From Eledone cirrhosa (Eukaryota), in the NCBI GenBank assembly GCA_964016885.1, contig OZ024743.1:253518001-253582000 (forward strand): 64,000 nt of DNA. Direction: 5' to 3'. The notes under the pieces were generated by a model. The model searched no databases, had not been told where the DNA came from, and saw only the letters and a list, made by a program, of their open reading frames with translations. Shown one piece after another: positions 55,562 through 64,000 of the stretch (its first letter is position 1; each line of letters starts with the position of its first letter). The translations under genes and the position numbers were made by a program.

Positions 55562-56141
55562 TAATAGACGCATACATACCCATATAAATACTTACACACA
55601 TACATACACACACACACATATATATATATATGCATACAAACATTCATACATACATACTTGTAAACATATATGCTACATAGATATAAGCACACATATATAT
55701 ATATACATTCTATAGTATCCCTTTCATACACGTATGGAATAAGAATGAAATATTTCTAAAGCTAATGTAACTTAACTTCACCATCTTTAGCGCAGCATAG
55801 TACGAACAATCAAACCTTCCAAAAGGTTATCACCTTTATCAAACCAACCAACTGACACTTCTCTCATGCTGGGATACATCCTATGTGATTGATATCTGGC
55901 TCTAATATTTCCCCTCCATCCCTTTCAAGCTAACACTTTACAGACTGCTAAACATATTTACTCCCTGCTTTGTGATTTGATGCATATATTTTTGATGTAT
56001 GTTCTTACTTAGAGAGAGATTTTAATGCATACTGCTCTCTCTGCTTAATCCATTTTACATCAAGTTAGTTAGATCAACTATTTCTTCCTATTTTTATATT
56101 TTGCTTTAAGCTTCGTGTTTCGTTGTTATACATACACGCAC

Positions 56142-56190
<49 letters not shown>

Positions 56191-56207
56191 GACACACACA
56201 CAAACAC

Positions 56208-56241
<34 letters not shown>

Positions 56242-56340
56242 GGGGTGGTATATGTTTTGTATCCATGTGTATATATTATAGAAAACATGAAAAGAAAATA
56301 TACTACCGATTTGGTTTCTTCCTACTGAATAATCAAAATG

Positions 56341-56458
<118 letters not shown>

Positions 56459-57186
56459 TGTGTGTGTGCATGTGTGTTGTGGAATATTCAACTAGTGTGT
56501 TTTGTGCAGCATCACTGTTGTTAGGTACCACATTGTTCTTGCTCCAATCCTGCAACTATCCCCTGCATGTGGTTCCTCTGTATTTCTGTTTCTGACCTCT
56601 CCTACTTAAAATATATATCATGATTCAATGCATCAATACACTAAACACTCTCTTGCACTCTAATCCTTTACTCACACCCCTTTCTCACTCTTTATCCCTC
56701 CCTTTGTATACATAACATTATATCTGTGTGTATATATAATGTACACACACTCATTCATATACATACACACTCATACATAAACATAAATAAACAAAAGCAC
56801 GTGTACACAGGTACACACAAAAAACTACATTTAAAAAAATCACAAACACACTCAGATACACACACCTCCGTCAAAAATAAACAAATCATACTAACGCACA
56901 CAAAGGAAATATTGCACACCCATGAATTGCTCTTCATCTGCAAACACGACACATCTGGACCCTTCATTTCGACCCCACCCCCGCAAGCCGGATAACTCAC
57001 TTAATGCCATCTTAAATACATTTTTCTAACCTCAGTTATAACATCCCTCTCCCGCTCTCCGAATTTTACTATTTCCTGAAAACATCTTAGGTCCGGTTCA
57101 ATGAAACACTCATTTACTTCTTCCCGGGCATAAATCTAGTAGGACTTTGTGTTATTGTATCTTAATGGTTCTTTTGTTTAATCGTG

Positions 57187-57228
<42 letters not shown>

Positions 57229-57408
57229 ATACTTGGCGAGGGTCATATTGTTGTCATTTATGTTCGCGTCCCAACGTATTTTCGACTCACGATTTCATAT
57301 CAAAAACCTTGCAAAACAAATATATATACATATATAAATATTCTTAGCCAGTTTTGAATCTATTTTTGGCGCGATCACTTTGGAAAACTAAATGTCTAAT
57401 TTTGAGCT

Positions 57409-57489
57409 TGTCTCCTGATGAATCCGATACTCCAGACATATCCTATTAATTGGATGTCTAAAAATACGGATGAAACCATGGTAGAGATA
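57409..57489 (+). ncRNA. Canonical minimal type I HHR
   Basis: tgtctc-CTGATGA-atccg...agacat..atgtct...cggat-GAAA-ccatgg-TA-gagata; all core nucleotides and three stems present. Confidence 0.88.
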
Positions 57490-58025
57490 TAATTACGGTA
57501 TGTACACATTTATTCTGAGTTTGAATTTGCACCTAATTGTGTATGGTTGACGGTATATTTAGTCAGTTTCTACATGCTGTTAAAATTTTGGATAAATACT
57601 CTATTGGGCCCACCGCGAAGAGGCCACTTTCGGTTATTTGTCGGAAATTTCTTCATAAGATCCTTTATTCTTATAGCTTGGTCTAATTGATTTTTTATAT
57701 GGTTAATTATGCTAATTGGGAGAGGAAATGGTATATATTTTATCTAATAATTCTAAGGACATGATTTATGATATATTGCTCTGATTATTTAATTTATTAA
57801 TTCATCATAGAGCCACAGAGTGACCGGTTGCAACATATATATCTATGACTTTATGTATATGTAAACCTTTATATAAATATATATATATATATTAGAAAGT
57901 GAGGTTTTTTTACAAAATGAAAAATAACCGAGGTGTCCTACACGAGTGAAAGTATAAAGAAAAAAAGATGAAATCGAAAATGCAACTGGAGTCTTATTTT
58001 TTTTAAATATATATATTTATGTGGT

Positions 58026-58065
58026 TCCTTTACCGGTTTCGCAGTTCTTCTGCTTTTCAAAAGTA
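58026..58065 (-). ncRNA. Compact HHR with U3-A8 core (family E)
   Basis: tactt-TTGAAAA-gcag(aagaa)ctgc-GAAA-ccgg-TA-aagga; downstream sequence 57960-57996 recurs inverted at about 4030-4070. Confidence 0.68.
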
Positions 58066-58377
58066 GAGTTGAGATGGAGGGTCTCTGGTTTTTCTCACAT
58101 CTTGTTGGTCTTTGAATGTTACTTGTTTTATATGGAAAAAAGTGGCACGAAACGCCAGGTTTTTAGAGAAGTAATTTGATTGGTTGGTCAATAAGTATAA
58201 TAAAGTTCGCGCCAGTTCGCGTTACAAAGTACTTCAAACAAGGGGCGGGGGGCTCAGGTTGTTTTTTTCATATATGAGTGAAGTTTGGTTGGTTGATGCA
58301 GTCACAAGAATAAGCACATCGGCTTTCGCGCCAGTTTGTTTGAATTTCATATATATATATATACATAAAATTATAAG

Positions 58378-59124
58378 TTTGAAGAATAGTCAGACAAAAT
58401 GTATCCAATCGTTTTCTCCTTAGTCCTTAGAAATCAACCAGATAAATAATCATTTAAACGGAGCTAAATTTAAAATGTAACTTTGAAGAAATAACAGATA
58501 AATGCTATCCATATTCCTCTATGAGGAACAGTCAGATAAAAGTTACCTATTCTTTCCTCTTAGTCCGTAGAAATTAACTAGACAAATAATCAATTAAACG
58601 AAGCTAAGTCTGAAATGTAAGTTTGAAGAAAAAAATATAGATAAACATCACCAAAAATTCTCCCAGTACCGACTATCGATAGTTTCGCTCGTACTTTGTG
58701 GATATGTCTAATCGTTGCATTATCCATGAGGCTCCCAGCTTTTCAAGAGCGAATTCAAAAGGGGTGAAAGACATCACGTGCCTAGCGGTCAAGATAGAAG
58801 TGTTGTGAAGGGTAGGGCGGTGGCAAGTAAGTTCATTGCTAGAAGAAGCAGTTAGTTACCGCATAAGGTTTACCGCAAGGGTGTATAGATTAAATTCATA
58901 AGGAGATGTATATATTTAAACATAGTCACAGATACATATGGTGTGGCTCGATGAGTGAATCAATTAAATAAATAAGTATCAATCAGAGCTATATAAAATT
59001 ACAAGCTTGAAGAATAGTCAGACAAAATTCATCCAATCTTTTTTTCCTTAGTGCATAGAAATTAACCAGATAAATAATCATTTAAACGGAGCTAAATTTA
59101 AAATGTAACTTTGAAGAAAATAAC

Positions 59125-59127
<3 letters not shown>
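58378..59127 (+). repeat. Three locally dispersed direct repeats of about 120 bp
   Basis: agtcagacaaaa...ccttagt...agataaataatcatttaaacggagctaaa...aatgtaactttgaagaaa at about 58380, 58530 and 59008. Confidence 0.8.
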
Positions 59128-59173
<46 letters not shown>

Positions 59174-59306
59174 CCTCGCAAGGACTCTATATCTTTGATA
59201 TATTGTTTTTGTTTATGCCACGAAACTACGTAGTCGAGGAATTTAGGAACAGTTTAGGTATGATACATTTTATTACTAATTATATCTAAATGTTTCTTCT
59301 CTCTTC

Positions 59307-59355
<49 letters not shown>

Positions 59356-59690
59356 ATCCTCCTCTTTATATCAATAATCCCTATAGTCTCCACCTCTCTA
59401 TATCTACTACCTGGAACTCTCTTCCAATCCATCTCTTTATATTCATTTACACAAAACTCTCCCCCTCTGTATATCTACCATACAACACTCTTTCTCATTC
59501 CCTGTCACTCAATCCATCACTACCGAACACTCCCCCTCTCTATATTTATTTCACCCATCTGTTTCTACATAACATGTACATTAATTGTAGCGCATATACA
59601 AATAGATGTGTGCTTGGTAGATTGGGAAGAGAAATATTATTATATGGTGAGGAGGCTTGGCCCCTCTGCCCCCCTCCCCATTTCCATCGC

Positions 59691-59793
<103 letters not shown>

Positions 59794-60630
59794 GGTAAAC
59801 AGAAATAACAACACAAACAGTACAGTATATATAGGAGGAATATATTACTTTAACGCTTGAAATAGCAGGAAGACGGTCTTAACATTTCGGACGAAAGTTT
59901 TTCATTAGAAGAAAGAATGAGAAATTAGGAAGATTGAAGGGATTGGCAGAACTGAATTGGAAATGTTTTTAGAGACAAGTAGCGGATCCATTCATGTTGC
60001 CATCTCTTCAAAAACTGTTCATGCTGGCGTTTTGTGTATGATATACTTTTTTAAAAAATTGGATGATGGAGCACGTCTATCTGAATAGGAAAAAAACCCG
60101 TTTTGTATATAGAGCTATAAGTGTTTGCGGGCATATACTCGTGGGTGTGGGTGTTATATGTCCGTACGAAGATAAGAGGATATGTTTGTGTATATGTAAG
60201 TAAAAGAGTGCATGTGTGTGCTTGTAAATAAGAAGCTGTGAGGCAAAAGTATGTTAATATAAGGGAGTGTGTATGTGTATACTGAGCTTTGAAGGAAAAA
60301 ATAGAGGTTCTTGTGCGCATTTAATTGGTCTGTATCAGCTGTAAGAATATACGTTTCTGACCATAAGAGAGCCATAGGAATCTATGGGTGAATGTACAAG
60401 CGCGTGTGTTATAATCGGATGAGGTAAACGTGATAGTGGCAGGAAGTGGGGAAGTAAGCACGAACGTATATGTGTAATATTAAAGAAATTGGGAAGGGAG
60501 TTGAGTCCTGTGGGGAAACTGGACCCAAGACGGAAAATCAGACTATGTTCAATCCTGGTGCACGAGGCCTCGGTGTTTGCATAGCTACGGCTTCCTAAAT
60601 GTTTTCTATAAACATACCGCGTTTAATTAG

Positions 60631-60676
<46 letters not shown>

Positions 60677-60864
60677 ATAGATAGAGTCACATTATTTTTG
60701 TCTCTTTCTACGACATTTATTCAATGAATAGATTACAATAGAAAACAATTGTTACTAACATATCCTCATATCATCAATATTCCTCTTCCCAGTATGCAAT
60801 GATACATAGAACAAGGCCATATTACATTACATTGAAAATCAATTGCTCTTTTCCCTGCCTTCCT

Positions 60865-61350
60865 TATTTAGCAACTACAAATAAGTAGCGGTGGGAATCT
60901 CTGGCATTTTTGGAACTCGCATTATTTCCTTGCTTGCTGATCTTGGGGCAGAATTGGCCATCTGCAGGAGTGAACTTCTTGAAGTTAATTGGCTTCTTTT
61001 CAAATCTATAGGATTGGAGCCCTCCAGTGTTCTTGGTCCCTGTACAACCTACTGTCGTACAACCTGATGTTGTGAGCACCATGGAGTGGACTTACTTCTT
61101 ATCGAATTTTAGTGGTAGAGATTTCTAGCGTTCTTGATCCATGTAGCGCCTCTTTACTCACTGCTGTTGACCACTTTAAGGAGTGGCCACTCTGCGAGTT
61201 GGAATAGGTATGTCACTGCATCACTCGCACTATCTTCCAGAACAACGCTTTCTCCATGCTGTCTTCCACTGAAATCACGAGACGGCTTGCCCCAGTGAGC
61301 GTTCTCCCACATCGTCCAGGCTAGTATCTTTGGGGTAGTGATGACTGAGT
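60865..61350 (-). mobile_element. GC-richer repeat relic, possibly the 5' region of an RTE-type LINE
   Basis: Composition shift and ggttgtacgacagtaggttgtacagggac-type sequence; no diagnostic ORF. Confidence 0.3.
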
Positions 61351-61571
61351 ATTTTTTCTTATATTTTTGTTGTCTCTAAATACACTGTTGTTAATAGTAG
61401 GTAAGAGATTAGCGGAGCCACTCATTAAGAGGTCAGTTAGTCTGAAAAACTCCCCCCACTACATAACACTTTAAAGTCAGACCACTTCAGAGAAATAAAT
61501 TTGAATTGTTAACGCCATTTTTAACATCGTGTTCATAATAATTTTCGGCCACGTAGAATCCGGTAACAAAT

Positions 61572-61585
61572 GTTACCATAGCAAC
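61572..61585. promoter_or_regulatory. RFX X-box motif
   Basis: GTTACCATAGCAAC matches the X-box consensus; YY1-like cgccatttt about 60 bp upstream. Confidence 0.45.
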
Positions 61586-62068
61586 AGAGAAAACGATAGA
61601 GTTATATGTATTTATCTATTTTTGATTATTTTTTCATTTCCTTTCTTGACTTGCTATGACTAAGGCTTGATACAAGTCATAATATTGGAGTGTGAAAGAG
61701 GGAATAATATTAATAATAAAAACAACAACAACAACGACAACAACAACAATAACAACAGAACAAAGCAAAACAACGAAGTTTATGTTAAATAAATAGCGCA
61801 GTGTGTGAAAATTAATAGCGAGTTCCTTTTTAATAATATCTACTTATCTATTTTTCCATAAGTAACCGCTAAATAGTTTATTGATTAACAATAATTTAGT
61901 GTACATACACTCACAAACACACACACACATTATGGAAGATAATAATTATCTTGTAGGAACATTGACCAGAAAATTTTCTTTTCCAAGTGCAAAATGTAAT
62001 ATGGTTTTTTAACTAATGGTACATTTTTATTATACAATCAAGTTTATAATTTACTGGTGTGTGTAGTG

Positions 62069-62122
<54 letters not shown>

Positions 62123-62142
62123 TATATGTTTGCATATGTATA

Positions 62143-62285
<143 letters not shown>

Positions 62286-64000
62286 TGTATTATGTTATAA
62301 TATTACTTTATATTTTTCTCATCATTTGCCTTTGTGCTTTGGCATAACAAAAGGAAATAAAAATAAAAACAAAAAGCGAACATAAAGACACAAAATCGAT
62401 ACTATATCAGATGTATAAAAGAGTAGATCGATAAATTTACACAAAAATCAATCAAAAGACATTAGTATTTTATGAGAACCTGATAATTTAATATTGCTTG
62501 CTTGCACCCACCAACACATGCATTCACATCTGCATAACTACCTACACATATACAAGTGTTCATACAACACAGTAAGTATTACATTTGTATCGATATATGT
62601 ATATCCATACTGAGACTTATAGTAGTTGCATTTTCTATTTTACATGTTACGTACGACTGTGTTGAAAGTTTAACTATTTTAAACTAGTTTACGTTTTCCA
62701 TATTTTTTTTTCTTTCGTGTCTCTCGCAATTTTTTTGGAACATTAAAGATATGAAATCTGTCAAAATTGTTTCTATACTTTCGCCGTTCAGTAGCCAACA
62801 GAACTTCACATTCTGATTATGAAACTGCGAACATCGAGTAGCATCTGCACAATAGGGTGTACTAAATATTTGAAAATATAATTATAACAACATATGCGAA
62901 TTTCTGAGCAGGTGTCCACATAGGTCTCTGGCCTGTAGACGCTCACACCCACACTTTCTCGTTGTCTGTCTCTGTAGGTATTACCACATCACTTCCATCA
63001 TCCTCGTGTAGCTGTTGTATCTTTCTGTCTATAGCTCTTGCGCACGCGCACCCCCTCTCTCTCTCTTTCTCTCTCTTTCCCTCTCTGTTTCTCCCCCCCC
63101 CTCTCTTGCTCTGAGTAACCCTAATATATGTTTCGTAACAACGATAGTTAATATATGTCCTTGTGTATTAAAATAAAATAAATCGCAGAATCAACTATGC
63201 TGTTGTGAGTTCATATCGAAATCCCGTCAAAGAATTCGCGTACAAGAAGTTTAGGATGTGCTCTCTTAGACTAGAGGCCTTAGAGTGAGCCGATAAAAAA
63301 CATGTCCGGCCATGTTGCACCGTTCTGATTATCTTTTCCAGTTCTCTCATTTAGTTTCATTGGATCTGATCTCTTTTCAACAATTGTTAGATTTACATTT
63401 CTCGTAGCTCATTTGATTTACTGAAAATTGTTGCTTTTATTGTTGATTACGTTAATCTCCAGTTCAACATATATTATATACACGTGCGTCTACATGTGTA
63501 AGCAGGATACAGATACCTAAATATGGAATTCGTTACAACAGGTTACTGCCTTCATTTGTCTTTTAAAAGGATTTCATTGCCAACGCCACAATCGTTACTA
63601 TAATTGGCACCACCATCTATGAGAGACAGGGATGGATGGAGGAATCGTGTCGTAGAAAGCCGAGCAAGCTCGACCTGATGATAATGATCTCTACAAACAA
63701 CATCATCATTAATATAACTGCTACCACAATCAACACCGTCATAACCACCATAACCACCATCACCACCAACACTACCAACGCCATCTTAGCTACAATAACC
63801 CAAACAACCATCATCATCATTATTATCACCACCGCTATCATACCATCACCACCATCATCATCATCATCAATAATTCCGCCGCCGCTGTCAACCACTATAC
63901 ATTGAAACCTCATACGTTATTACATACGTTATGCATTCTCCATGTAAACGATAGAATTTATCCGGCTATAACATACACGCACAAACATATGCAGTGTATA

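Overview
This is an AT-rich, microsatellite-saturated eukaryotic window. The SINE, MITE and LINE families resemble those of octopus/coleoid cephalopod genomes (inference, not searched). I found no convincing host protein-coding gene, and most listed ORFs are translations of (TA)n/(CA)n/(GA)n/(CAT)n repeats. The content is mainly transposable elements: several Penelope-like elements (RT and GIY-YIG), a near-complete Tx1/L1-type ORF2 joined head-to-head with a Dong/R4-type fragment, CR1 and RTE relics, two Helitrons, TTAA-flanked MITEs and many SINEs. The most striking unannotated signal is a dense set of type-I hammerhead ribozyme (HHR) motifs, about a dozen with intact cores plus several decayed ones, from about 10 sequence families. 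Many sit in fold-back (palindromic) Penelope-derived elements embedded in (TA)n tracts, and two families carry the compensatory U3-A8 catalytic core. All RNA structures were paired by eye, and coordinates are approximate unless a motif is quoted.
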